Positions 1-9,028 of a DNA stretch of 20,000 bases are shown here, in pieces (the first letter of the stretch is position 1; every line of letters starts with the position of its first letter). The notes under the pieces are model-generated. The model saw only the letters and a program-made list of their open reading frames with translations. It made no database searches and was not told where the DNA came from. The stretch comes from an uncultured virus (IMG/VR IMGVR_UViG_3300045738_001977) (Duplodnaviria > Heunggongvirae > Uroviricota > Caudoviricetes): the IMG/VR virus record IMGVR_UViG_3300045738_001977; one strand, given 5' to 3'. Made by a program: the position numbers and the translations under genes.

Positions 1-2
1 TT

Positions 3-3000
3 TCCCTTAATGACAAATACGGCAACATTTATACAAATAAATCAGCAAAAACAGGACAAAGATTTACCGCGTTCTCCCCAGACGGCAAAGCAATAGGGAT
101 GTATGAAGTAGTTCCCAGTGTTGGAGAGGGCTTCAACGAAAAAACCGGGAAGGGAACATCAAGGCTACAAGCAGTTCAGGGGTTAGGCAAAGGCCCCGGC
201 ACGTTACCACCCGGAACGATACTAAGAAATATTAACCGCATGGCAGAAGAAAGCCAAGAAAAAAGCGCAGGAAAAACAGAGGGTGCTACTTGGCGATCAG
301 ATAAACTACAGGAAACTAAACCTGTTCTTGCGGCCAAGCACATACCCACGCCCGCCGCACCTGCGCTCGCCGCACCTGCACTCGCTACTGTAGCTACGCC
401 AGCCGACGAGTCAAAAGCCGATCGCAAAAAGCGCAAACAAGGTCGCCGAAAGAAACGGGCTGAGAAAAAGGCTGGCCAAAACATACCTCCATCGACCGCG
501 CCCCTTGTTCCAACTAAATCGCCACCAGAGAGCGGGCATGTGATGAATTATGATCCGAAAAGCGGCAGCTATTTAATTACAAACGGTAGCTTGGGTGACG
601 TCGGTCAAATCATTGGCCCAGATGGAAAAGTGTTGGGAGAAATAACGGTAACAGGAGAACACTCTAAGCGGAAAGAAGGAAACCTCATGACCGTAGCAAC
701 ATCGACCATGCCGCCGGGCACAGATCCAACCGGATCAATTGTTCGTTGGGGCAAAAAAGAAGCAAAATATTCCGGCTTTGTTCCGAATTTTTCCACTGGT
801 TTAGAAAGAGCAATTAAAGCTGAAAACAAAGCAACGGGTGGACAAGCAGAAGTCAGAACAAGCCCCACCTTACATGTCGCTGCAAGGGGGCAAGAAAAAT
901 GGCCATTCGCAAAGAGTCATCCCGAAGGAATACAAGCTGCCATAGCTAATTCTAAGGCAACTCAGATTCCAAATTTTGCACCACCAGCCAAACCTGACGG
1001 AGCAACAACTGCGCTGGCGAAAGTAGAGAAAGATTTAGCAGATAAAATCAAAAGATTAACAAACACACTATCGACGACGGGTGAAAGGTTACTACCAGTC
1101 GGTGACGGATTAAGCCAATTAGCTACTATAGAAAAAGGTCAAATCAAAGCGGTACAAAAATCTACCAACGCATACCAAAAAGCCGTAAGGAACAAAGCTA
1201 GCGCCGTCGACATTGCCACAGCTTTCAAAAACGCTCAAAAAGCTCAAACCGAGTTATCACGAACACAGACAGACATAACAAGCATAAAAGAAATAAAAAG
1301 ACTGGAGAAAATTGACAAAAAATCCGGCCAAGCCAAAATAACAGGCGCCACCACTATACAAGGCGTATCCGCACAACGCGGATTAAAGGGGACTGTCATT
1401 GATCCAACACGAGCAAGAGCAAAACCAAAAGCAGGACCAACTAAAACCGGAGGATGGCAAAACATAGTACCCGGGGCCGGAGCAGGTTCCGGAGGAGGAG
1501 CGTCAGGAATCCCCGGGGTTGTAGGCAGAGCGCACTCTGCGTCAGCAGCGCTTGGACGACGTCACCCAAGGCCAGCTCCAACCGGAACAACGTATAGTGA
1601 TCCCAGCGGCGTTAGAATTACAAGACCCTCTGTTACCGGACCAACGCCCGCCGCTACTGGAGCTGTCACTCCACCCACCGGTACACCCACGTTCACAACA
1701 GCGCCTCCAACAATTCGTCCCGCTGCGGCTCCAGCGCCACCCGCTCGCGCGGCGCCGCTTGAAGACCCAAGATCATTTAAGGGAAAAATGCAACGAATAC
1801 GGCTCCAAAAGCAAGCTGAAAAAGATGCGCAAGCTGCGGCTAATAGAGCGTCAAGAGGACCGGGAGGCCCCGCTGCACCCGCTCCCCCTACCGGAATGGG
1901 TGGCCCCCCGGGAGGACAAGTTCAACGCGAAGATCAAGAAGTTGATTACGAAGTAGAACAATCTACGGAAAATCTACTAAATATTAAAACAACAATAGAA
2001 CAACTTACAGCCCAAGCAAAACAAGACAGGTCAGATATGGGCGCAGGCAAGGCTGGAGCATCCGCAAGGTTTGCTCAAACCCAAGCAGAATTAACCAAAG
2101 CCATAGAAGAGCGAGAAAAAGCGTGGAGAAAAGACGAGAAACTTAAATCACCCGAGGCGAAAAAAGCAAGAACGCTCAAGAAAAGATTAGGAAAACATGC
2201 GAAACCGTTAACATTTGAAAGAACTGGTGAAGATACCGAAGGCGCTAGCGCCATGATGCAACCGGCTTTCGGAGATCCTCTAGGCTCAAGATTTAACACG
2301 GCAGGCGGTGGCGAAGGGGTTGGCCAACAACAAACGTACAACCTTGGAGATGGAAGGACAATTAACCTCGGCGCCGGAGGGTTGTCGTCTGCGGCGGCAC
2401 TTGCAATGGTCCCGGGCATGGCGACAGGAAGCACCAGTGGTCCTCGCGGCGGAGCCCCCGGCGTTTCAGCCACAACTTCCTCGACCACAACTGGGATGCC
2501 CCCCGGCGTTTCGGCCACAACTTCCTCGGCCGCAACTGGGATACCCGCTCTAACTGGTCAAGCAGCCATGGTCCAAGGTTTACCCGCTGATACGAGCGAC
2601 CAACGTGAAACACGCGAACGAGCTCTTAGGGCAACGTATCCGGATAGAGACCCAGTGCGCGCAGGTGGAGAAACAGGCAATGCTGAAGGCGACGGAGAAA
2701 GGATCGTAAAAGCAATGACAGACGCTATCAACGCGTCTTTCGCGACGAGCATACCGAAATTTGCCGACGCAATGAGCGCTAAGATTGGCGAAATATTCTC
2801 AACAAATAACAAACCAGAAACCGGTGGTGACGCTGAAACACCAACAGAGTTTGTTAGCACTGGTGGAGATGAAGGCGCCATATCTGGCACAATAAAACAC
2901 GATCTAGGAGAACTTGATGGTCATTTCACAATGGAAATAGGCGGAAAACTTGAAGGAGTAGGTTTGTCGGCGGAAGAAATAAATAATTTAATTATAGCTA

Positions 3001-3074
3001 AAATCGGAGAAGAATTTGAAAAACTAGGAATAGAATATACAGCGGCACCGCCAACTAATATACAAAACGTATAA
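3..3074 (+). CDS. C-terminal part of a very large tape-measure-like / internal virion protein (5'-truncated by the window)
   Basis: The frame of the ORF-track call 99..3074 is open back to position 3 (SLNDKYGNIYTNKSAKTGQRFTAFSPDGKAIG-M), so ATG99 is probably internal. The protein is Ala/Gly/Lys/Gln-rich with helical, coiled-coil-like stretches, no Cys, and two PNF[S/A] motifs (783-794, 969-980). It lies immediately upstream of tail/baseplate-like genes, the usual tape-measure position. The function is inferred. Confidence 0.6.
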   Translation, partial: SLNDKYGNIYTNKSAKTGQRFTAFSPDGKAIGMYEVVPSVGEGFNEKTGKGTSRLQAVQGLGKGPGTLPPGTILRNINRMAEESQEKSAGKTEGATWRSDKLQETKPVLAAKHIPTPAAPALAAPALATVATPADESKADRKKRKQGRRKKRAEKKAGQNIPPSTAPLVPTKSPPESGHVMNYDPKSGSYLITNGSLGDVGQIIGPDGKVLGEITVTGEHSKRKEGNLMTVATSTMPPGTDPTGSIVRWGKKEAKYSGFVPNFSTGLERAIKAENKATGGQAEVRTSPTLHVAARGQEKWPFAKSHPEGIQAAIANSKATQIPNFAPPAKPDGATTALAKVEKDLADKIKRLTNTLSTTGERLLPVGDGLSQLATIEKGQIKAVQKSTNAYQKAVRNKASAVDIATAFKNAQKAQTELSRTQTDITSIKEIKRLEKIDKKSGQAKITGATTIQGVSAQRGLKGTVIDPTRARAKPKAGPTKTGGWQNIVPGAGAGSGGGASGIPGVVGRAHSASAALGRRHPRPAPTGTTYSDPSGVRITRPSVTGPTPAATGAVTPPTGTPTFTTAPPTIRPAAAPAPPARAAPLEDPRSFKGKMQRIRLQKQAEKDAQAAANRASRGPGGPAAPAPPTGMGGPPGGQVQREDQEVDYEVEQSTENLLNIKTTIEQLTAQAKQDRSDMGAGKAGASARFAQTQAELTKAIEEREKAWRKDEKLKSPEAKKARTLKKRLGKHAKPLTFERTGEDTEGASAMMQPAFGDPLGSRFNTAGGGEGVGQQQTYNLGDGRTINLGAGGLSSAAALAMVPGMATGSTSGPRGGAPGVSATTSSTTTGMPPGVSATTSSAATGIPALTGQAAMVQGLPADTSDQRETRERALRATYPDRDPVRAGGETGNAEGDGERIVKAMTDAINASFATSIPKFADAMSAKIGEIFSTNNKPETGGDAETPTEFVSTGGDEGAISGTIKHDLGELDGHFTMEIGGKLEGVGLSAEEINNLIIAKIGEEFEKLGIEYTAAPPTNIQNV
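354..383 (+). repeat. 15-bp tandem duplication encoding AAPAL x2
   Basis: gccgcacctgcgctc / gccgcacctgcactc (14/15 identical), in frame within the first CDS. Confidence 0.8.
2455..2544 (+). repeat. 45-bp in-frame tandem duplication (PGVSATTSSTTTGMP / PGVSATTSSAATGIP)
   Basis: cccccggcgtttcagccacaacttcctcgaccacaactgggatgc vs cccccggcgtttcggccacaacttcctcggccgcaactgggatac: 41/45 identical, all mismatches A<->G. Confidence 0.9.
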
Positions 3075-3104
3075 TAAAAACACAGGAAAAAGGAAAAAGG
3101 AAAA
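3064..3104 (+). promoter_or_regulatory. Candidate promoter/RBS region: AAAACGTATAAT overlapping the stop, followed by (AGGAAAA)x3
   Basis: TATAAT at 3070-3075, double stop TAA TAA, and a perfect 7-nt tandem repeat AGGAAAA at 3084-3090, 3091-3097 and 3098-3104 running into ATG3104. Confidence 0.45.
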
Positions 3105-5671
3105 TGCATGACCATACAGTATATACGGGGAACCCCCAGCAGCCCGGTGGAGGATGGCCTAATCCAGCCACAGACCCCAATAATCAAATGCATCCTCTTC
3201 CTTGGGATATAGACTGCATAAAAACAAGAGGTATTAATATAAAACAAAATTGGTTGGGGGAAATTATACATTTCCAAAACGTAACCACTCAAACATTTGA
3301 AATATTTTTTGTAAATCCTGCCACCCAAAAAGATTTAGAAAAATGGATAGCAAAAATAAATGAATATGAAGACGTTGGTGGATGGAGAGATGAACTTAAT
3401 CTTTATGGAATAATAATTGAAAACTGTAGAATCACCAGTATAACCGCGCCGACAAGTGAAAACCGAATGGAAGACGCCGTAGGCCGTGGGCGAATAGATA
3501 TAACGGTAGAGCAAAGGAAGTGCGGCGGTGATGTAGAAAGCGGCAGCTTAGCCGCTAGAGAAAGAGAAGTGGTGCTACCGTGTTACGAATGCACGAAAGA
3601 CGGAGTGGTCACGGGTGATTATGTAGAGGGCGCGGGAGCGCTAGACCCTCACGGTGTAGCTATTCTGGCGTGCGAAACATTGTTGGCTGCTGCCGCTCCC
3701 AGCGGTACATCAACAACGGCAGCACCAAGCTCCGCCGTAATAGGGGCAGTTCAAACAAGCGACGTAAATTGCGCCGGTATGACAACGCCAACCTCAGTAT
3801 ATGATTACGACGGATCCCTCTACCCCGGCGACAATGATTTCGGGTTAACTAGCTTATTAACAGACGCTTGTCCTTTTATAGATGATATTCAAGAAGATTT
3901 TAAATTTAATTATGGCAAGGGGAATAGTCTTGATTTTAGTCATTCAGTAAGTATTAAATTATTTGATAGCTGCCCGAAAGGAGTTGATCCAAGCTGCGCG
4001 GGTTTAGGAACCAGTACGACAGCGCATCCACCGGGTAATTGTGGTCCGGGTACCCCGGGAAGCAAGGTTCCTAAATTTAACGAAGGTACCGCTCCCGGAC
4101 AATACCAAGGGGATGACGGAGATAAGACTGATGGCAAAAGTATTTGTAGACCCGGACAATACAATGTTGACCAAGCGCTACGGCTTGCTAGGCATATGCT
4201 AGATAAAAATACTCCACACTTTGGGATAGCATTTCACCCGGGAATTTTACGAGACGTGGATGATCCCACGGGTGGACATGCTGTCCAAGCTCCACTTGAT
4301 GATGAGCGCGTTATCCCCTATTACACAGAAACTCAAAATCTAATTACGGGTGAAGTCTCTATGGTAAAAAGGTTAACGATCCTAAAAGAGAGGGACGATA
4401 TGCTAAATTATTCCGCAGACTATAGTCATTCTTTACGAGTGGACGGGGGAGGTATAGTAACGGTAACAGAAAAGGGGAAAATTAGAGGCAACAAAAAACA
4501 ACCATTAGCAACCAACGCATTAAATCCTTCAGGAGTATCAGACGACGCATACAAGCGCGCTAAGGAAGGAATGGATGATTTACTGGGGGCAAATTTTTCG
4601 AAAGCCGAAACCAGATGCGTAGATTTCTGGGGGGCTCATAGAGAATTTTATAAAAATTATTTTGATGGCCTTGGCGAACCGCTTAAAAATGATCCGAAAT
4701 ACGGTTTAACAGGTCTCGTGTCAGATTTAAAAGTAGAACACCCTATGCAAAAAACCAGAAACTTCAACGAAGTAACTAGAGAATGTTCTTATTCTATAAC
4801 ATTTTCTACTGCAACAAATATGTTTGAAAATTTCATGGCGAACAGAACCTTAACCGCTTCTAGGGGTAAGTTCGGCTCAATAACCATAAAAGAAAAATCA
4901 GACTTAACCTCATACGTCCCCAAGGGGGAAGATCGAAAAAAAATAGACCCCGCCACAGGAGGCATAATAAACGAAGCAGACGACCTTACAGACCCGAGAG
5001 ACCCCACTAAAATGGTTGTTGATAGTCCAATTGAAATAATATTTCCAGAAGATTACAGGGGTAAACGTGACCCAGTAACTAACGCGCTCGACGCAACCAC
5101 CGGAGCAAAAGCAAGGGTAATGGAATTTTATAATGACCTGTTAGCTAACACGGTAGATTTTAAAGCTCCAAACCCACAGGGGTGCGCAGACCCATTAAAG
5201 CTATGGTCAAGGAGCGTGAACTGGAGCCCAAGCGGTCGAGGTTTAAGTTACACCGTGCAATTTACCACGGACAAAACAGTTTCGTGTGAATATCCAGACA
5301 AGCACGGAATAAGAAAAACAGAAGTATCAACAAACGATAACTTGCCGAAAAGAATGCACAAAGAGCATCCTATCGTTAATAATAAGGTATTAGTTCATGA
5401 CCCAAAACAAAGCAAGCTAGGGTCGAGAACAGTAACTTTAAATATAAGTTTAGAAAGAGTACCAAAACGCAATATGTTAAAAGACCCGCTACTTCCAGAA
5501 GTGGCGTTAAAAGAATTAATGACTAGAGCAAAAGCTGAAATATTAAAAGTATTTACTGATTATGATGATCTCGTTGCAGACGACATGCATGTGAAGCTGT
5601 GTAAGTATACATTTGATTCAAAATGGAAAGCAACAGTGACAGTCGCGGTAGATTATTTACAAAAGAAATAA
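3104..5671 (+). CDS. Putative phage tail structural protein (855 aa) with tandem tail-tube/Dit-like beta domains and Cys-rich inserts
   Basis: Long ORF with a purine-rich AGGAAAA x3 leader. Recurrent strand patterns: IENCRITSITAP..GRIDITVE; TETQNLITGEVSMVKRL; KTRNFNEVTRECSYSITF; SRSVNWSPSGRGLSYTVQF. It sits directly after the tape-measure-like gene. The CDS is secure; the product is inferred. Confidence 0.55.
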   Translation: MHDHTVYTGNPQQPGGGWPNPATDPNNQMHPLPWDIDCIKTRGINIKQNWLGEIIHFQNVTTQTFEIFFVNPATQKDLEKWIAKINEYEDVGGWRDELNLYGIIIENCRITSITAPTSENRMEDAVGRGRIDITVEQRKCGGDVESGSLAAREREVVLPCYECTKDGVVTGDYVEGAGALDPHGVAILACETLLAAAAPSGTSTTAAPSSAVIGAVQTSDVNCAGMTTPTSVYDYDGSLYPGDNDFGLTSLLTDACPFIDDIQEDFKFNYGKGNSLDFSHSVSIKLFDSCPKGVDPSCAGLGTSTTAHPPGNCGPGTPGSKVPKFNEGTAPGQYQGDDGDKTDGKSICRPGQYNVDQALRLARHMLDKNTPHFGIAFHPGILRDVDDPTGGHAVQAPLDDERVIPYYTETQNLITGEVSMVKRLTILKERDDMLNYSADYSHSLRVDGGGIVTVTEKGKIRGNKKQPLATNALNPSGVSDDAYKRAKEGMDDLLGANFSKAETRCVDFWGAHREFYKNYFDGLGEPLKNDPKYGLTGLVSDLKVEHPMQKTRNFNEVTRECSYSITFSTATNMFENFMANRTLTASRGKFGSITIKEKSDLTSYVPKGEDRKKIDPATGGIINEADDLTDPRDPTKMVVDSPIEIIFPEDYRGKRDPVTNALDATTGAKARVMEFYNDLLANTVDFKAPNPQGCADPLKLWSRSVNWSPSGRGLSYTVQFTTDKTVSCEYPDKHGIRKTEVSTNDNLPKRMHKEHPIVNNKVLVHDPKQSKLGSRTVTLNISLERVPKRNMLKDPLLPEVALKELMTRAKAEILKVFTDYDDLVADDMHVKLCKYTFDSKWKATVTVAVDYLQKK

Positions 5672-5677
5672 AAAATT

Positions 5678-8600
5678 ATGGCACTAACAACGGCATTAGG
5701 AGCAGGGGCAGTTCAAGTCCAATACGACGGTAGAACGCCGTGGGGCGCAGCTCCGCCTTATGTTTCTATTGATCGGGAGCCAATATTTTATGGAGGAAAA
5801 TGGGGTCAAGTTGCAAAAATAACCTTAACAGGCGAGATAAGTCAATACGCTTATCTTTATGATTTAATTAAAATGGGGGCGTGCGATCCAACCGTCCCCG
5901 CTTCCCCCGGTTGCTTTTTCACAGACGGAAGCCCATTTGAAATTACGCTAGAATACCCCAAGGGTTTAAAGAATTTAGAAAAAATAAGAGACGATATTAT
6001 TGAGACTTTCAGCAATAGTCTTAGGACATTTGAGTTCGAAGACACTCAGGTTCCACCTAATAAAATGGAGTTTGATAACGTTATTGTGGAAAGCGTTGAT
6101 TTTCCTCCGTCTGGCTATTGGGGGCTATTAAATTATTCTATTTCATTAAAATGCTATGAGCAGGATTATTTTATGGCTCAAGGAATAGTGGACGCTGTTG
6201 ATGAATTTCAAACAACTGAAAATGAAAACGGTACATTAAGCGTAAGCCATAGAATTTCAGCCAGAGGGGTTGATTATACTGACGAAGCAGGAGTCAGGCA
6301 ACATGGCCTTTCCAACGCGATTACTTGGGTAGATTCCAGAAAGGGAACTCAATATAAATCTGAAGAAGGAATATATAAAGCATGGTGGGGCGGAACAGGC
6401 GTTGAGGGGGATATGGCTGTGGAACCTTTTGGACCTACGCAAGAAAACGAAGACGTGGGCGCGGTTTGGTTGGCTACATCTGAGCCGGTTAAGGCGATTA
6501 AATTAATTTTATTAAACCAAGATGAATCAATCAACAGACTTATTGGCACTTACGCGGTTTCAGAAAGCTTTATTGGTTATCTTGATATTGATAACAACAG
6601 GTCTGGACTACCATTTGGAAGAAAATTTTCGGTAAACATAAATGAATCACTAACATCGGACTTTAATGTTGTAACAGTTACGGGGGAATACGTCGGAGGA
6701 AAAGATACCACCCTAAAAGAATTAAGAGACGGGTTCGTAAAAGATGGCTGGACGGACACTTCTGTGAGTCCGCCGGTATTTCATCCTAACGAGCCAGAAA
6801 CAATGCTTTTTGAAAAAGCGAAAGAGCTCTCGGGGTTTGACGGAAGCTTACTAAAGCCCCCTCATCCTGACGCGGGAAAATACCATAAACCATTATTATA
6901 TAATATACCTATGGGATTTACGGTTGAAGAAAGCGAAACAGATAAAACAATAAATATTAAAGCCACATTTGATACAAACCCACTGTTTGTTGATGACGCC
7001 GGCAACCCAACTAGACATTTCTTCAACCATAAAATATCTGTCAAGATGGACGAACTTACAAATGTTGCGACAGTATCAATCGATGGGCAACTACAGATAA
7101 GAGGCCTCGCGGCAGAAAAACAATTCTATTTAAAAGAATTTTTAGAAAATCTAGATGTAATGGATTTCTTGTGGAAGAAAGCCGACCATCAACACGCAAA
7201 GATAGGAAACACTTGTTGGGAATGCACTGGTGGTAAATATCCAACGGGTCATTCTCTCGTCGGTCAACCCGTTTATGGAACTGGTAACTATTGGATAAGG
7301 GCAGATATAGGAGATTTATACGATGAGGCTAAGGACATTTGTAGCAATCATCCCTATGCAGGAAGTTTGCCCGCTGGAGCAACTCCAGACAGGTGTCACG
7401 ATCTAAACCGTAGCGCAAAATCTTTGTCCATAGTTCAAAACACGGCCAAAAACACAGCGGCGTTAACCGCTTCTTTTAGCGATGAAGACACTCTACCAAT
7501 TGAGCTACAAAATCCTGATGATGGTACTTGTTTTCAGTGCGAGGTTATGGGCAACAATTCAGATCTTGGAATTTTAGGTGATCTAGTTGCTGTCGTTTTT
7601 GTTTCTTTACCCCTACCGCCAAATCCCATCGACGCTGCTACGCTCTTGTGTCCTGATTCTTATGACGCTGCGACAAATCCAAGCGGTACACAGGCGGTTG
7701 CCTGTCCTGCAAGCGGAATAAATACGCTTTCGCCAAGCCCTCTGTTAGACACGGGCAAAGACTACGGAAGAGCCGGGTTTAATATAGATGTAACATCTCC
7801 AGTTGATTACGCAAAAACAAACGCATCGGCGCAAGCAAAATACAATGGTCATTGGGCAATACAAAAATTCGGCATCAAGACAAGAGAAAAATCAAACGTT
7901 AAAGTTGATTTGCAATTTAGAGAAGACGCAGGCGTACCTCAAAGACTCATGGAGCCAGTGTTAAGAAAACAAGCTAAAGATATACAGGAAACTTTAAACA
8001 GCATGCTTGATCAAGGTGGAGGTGCCGCGCAAGGAGTAAGCCCGGTTTACGACATCGCTGAGCGCGTCACGCATAAAGAGTCTAAAGGAGATAAAGTTGG
8101 TCACGCGTTACAAAGAAGCTATGCGCCTGACGCAGATCATACAATTTGCGTAGATATCGATCCGATTGGCGATCAAAAAAATTGTTTTGTGTGTGTTGAC
8201 GCAAACGGAGTTATAGCAGTTTCTCCCACCATGGGAGACAAAGTTTATGCTTATCCGGAAAACTCTGTAACTACAACCCCTGCTACCGGTGCAACCCCAG
8301 CCGCCAGTGCAACGGTCGCCCAACAACTATGTGATCAATTGGGTTTAAGCATTGGAATTGATCCCTCTGACCCCTCCACTGGATTACCTTTAACCCCGGG
8401 GGATTGTGGATATTGTTATAAATGTATTGATGGGTACGAAGTAATTCACTCAGAGGTATACGCTGAAAGCATTGAAGAAGCTCAGGTTAAATGCGGTGGG
8501 GGCGCGATTGGGGTGACAACAACCTCGGGAGGAGTAACTACGACAAGTGATCCTATGAGGTACCAGCTTGCTTGGTCTTGCGACGACAGACCTCCATCAA

Positions 8601-9028
8601 TTTGTTATCAATGTATACATCAAGGCCCGGACTCAGGTGGAACTGTTCCGCCTCCAACAATTCTTTATCCTGCGGCGGGAGGTTTTAACACTTTCGACCC
8701 ATTTTTTGCTACCGACATTTGTGTCCATGAATCTAACGGCGGCGCATCGTTTACATTTGACACAAGTGATGCCGAGTATATGGTGCAAGAATGTCCCGAA
8801 TTAGTAAATACCTGTTGGACGTGTTATTTTATGGGGGAAACTTTTGGTTTTGTAATGGCAACTGATGAAACTGACGCGAAAAACGAATGCTCGCTAATCA
8901 CTGGGGTTCCCCCGGTAATTGCCTCCTCAGACCTCTTCTTGCAAGTATGGAATTACTGCGATTTTGACGATTTATCTACCACAGCGCCGCCAACGACAAC
9001 AGCGCCTACACCCCGTTACTCGCCATGA
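5678..9028 (+). CDS. Putative phage tail structural protein (1116 aa), likely paralog of 3104..5671, with six copies of a 4-Cys module and a Thr/Pro C-terminal tail
   Basis: Long ORF 6 nt after the previous stop. Similar repeated strand patterns: FDNVIVESVDF..YSISLK; NQDESINRLIGTYAVSESF; GFTVEESETDKTINIKATF; SLSIVQNTAKNTAALTASF. I count 28 Cys, 24 of them in six C[YWF]xC..AxxxC..C modules. Its TGA stop overlaps the next ATG (ATGA). Confidence 0.55.
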   Translation: MALTTALGAGAVQVQYDGRTPWGAAPPYVSIDREPIFYGGKWGQVAKITLTGEISQYAYLYDLIKMGACDPTVPASPGCFFTDGSPFEITLEYPKGLKNLEKIRDDIIETFSNSLRTFEFEDTQVPPNKMEFDNVIVESVDFPPSGYWGLLNYSISLKCYEQDYFMAQGIVDAVDEFQTTENENGTLSVSHRISARGVDYTDEAGVRQHGLSNAITWVDSRKGTQYKSEEGIYKAWWGGTGVEGDMAVEPFGPTQENEDVGAVWLATSEPVKAIKLILLNQDESINRLIGTYAVSESFIGYLDIDNNRSGLPFGRKFSVNINESLTSDFNVVTVTGEYVGGKDTTLKELRDGFVKDGWTDTSVSPPVFHPNEPETMLFEKAKELSGFDGSLLKPPHPDAGKYHKPLLYNIPMGFTVEESETDKTINIKATFDTNPLFVDDAGNPTRHFFNHKISVKMDELTNVATVSIDGQLQIRGLAAEKQFYLKEFLENLDVMDFLWKKADHQHAKIGNTCWECTGGKYPTGHSLVGQPVYGTGNYWIRADIGDLYDEAKDICSNHPYAGSLPAGATPDRCHDLNRSAKSLSIVQNTAKNTAALTASFSDEDTLPIELQNPDDGTCFQCEVMGNNSDLGILGDLVAVVFVSLPLPPNPIDAATLLCPDSYDAATNPSGTQAVACPASGINTLSPSPLLDTGKDYGRAGFNIDVTSPVDYAKTNASAQAKYNGHWAIQKFGIKTREKSNVKVDLQFREDAGVPQRLMEPVLRKQAKDIQETLNSMLDQGGGAAQGVSPVYDIAERVTHKESKGDKVGHALQRSYAPDADHTICVDIDPIGDQKNCFVCVDANGVIAVSPTMGDKVYAYPENSVTTTPATGATPAASATVAQQLCDQLGLSIGIDPSDPSTGLPLTPGDCGYCYKCIDGYEVIHSEVYAESIEEAQVKCGGGAIGVTTTSGGVTTTSDPMRYQLAWSCDDRPPSICYQCIHQGPDSGGTVPPPTILYPAAGGFNTFDPFFATDICVHESNGGASFTFDTSDAEYMVQECPELVNTCWTCYFMGETFGFVMATDETDAKNECSLITGVPPVIASSDLFLQVWNYCDFDDLSTTAPPTTTAPTPRYSP
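8183..8959 (+). repeat. Four tandem protein-level copies of a 4-Cys module at the C-terminus of 5678..9028
   Basis: CFVC..AQQLC..C (8183-8407), CYKC..AQVKC..C (8414-8581), CYQC..ATDIC..C (8603-8794), CWTC..AKNEC..C (8813-8959). No obvious DNA-level identity between copies. Confidence 0.8.

Noticed and set aside
99..101. ATG99 as the true start of the first CDS
   Set aside because: The frame is open to the window start, and the upstream residues complete a repeat of a downstream domain (PDGK motif).
2455..2544. 45-bp repeat pair as a DGR template/variable repeat (three of four mismatches are A->G)
   Set aside because: The copies are adjacent, in frame and short, the mismatches are ordinary transitions including one G->A, and there is no reverse transcriptase in the window.
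4936..4943. A8 run as a programmed frameshift site
   Set aside because: A-runs are common throughout this A-rich strand, the zero frame continues normally, and no long alternative-frame ORF or stimulatory structure is evident.
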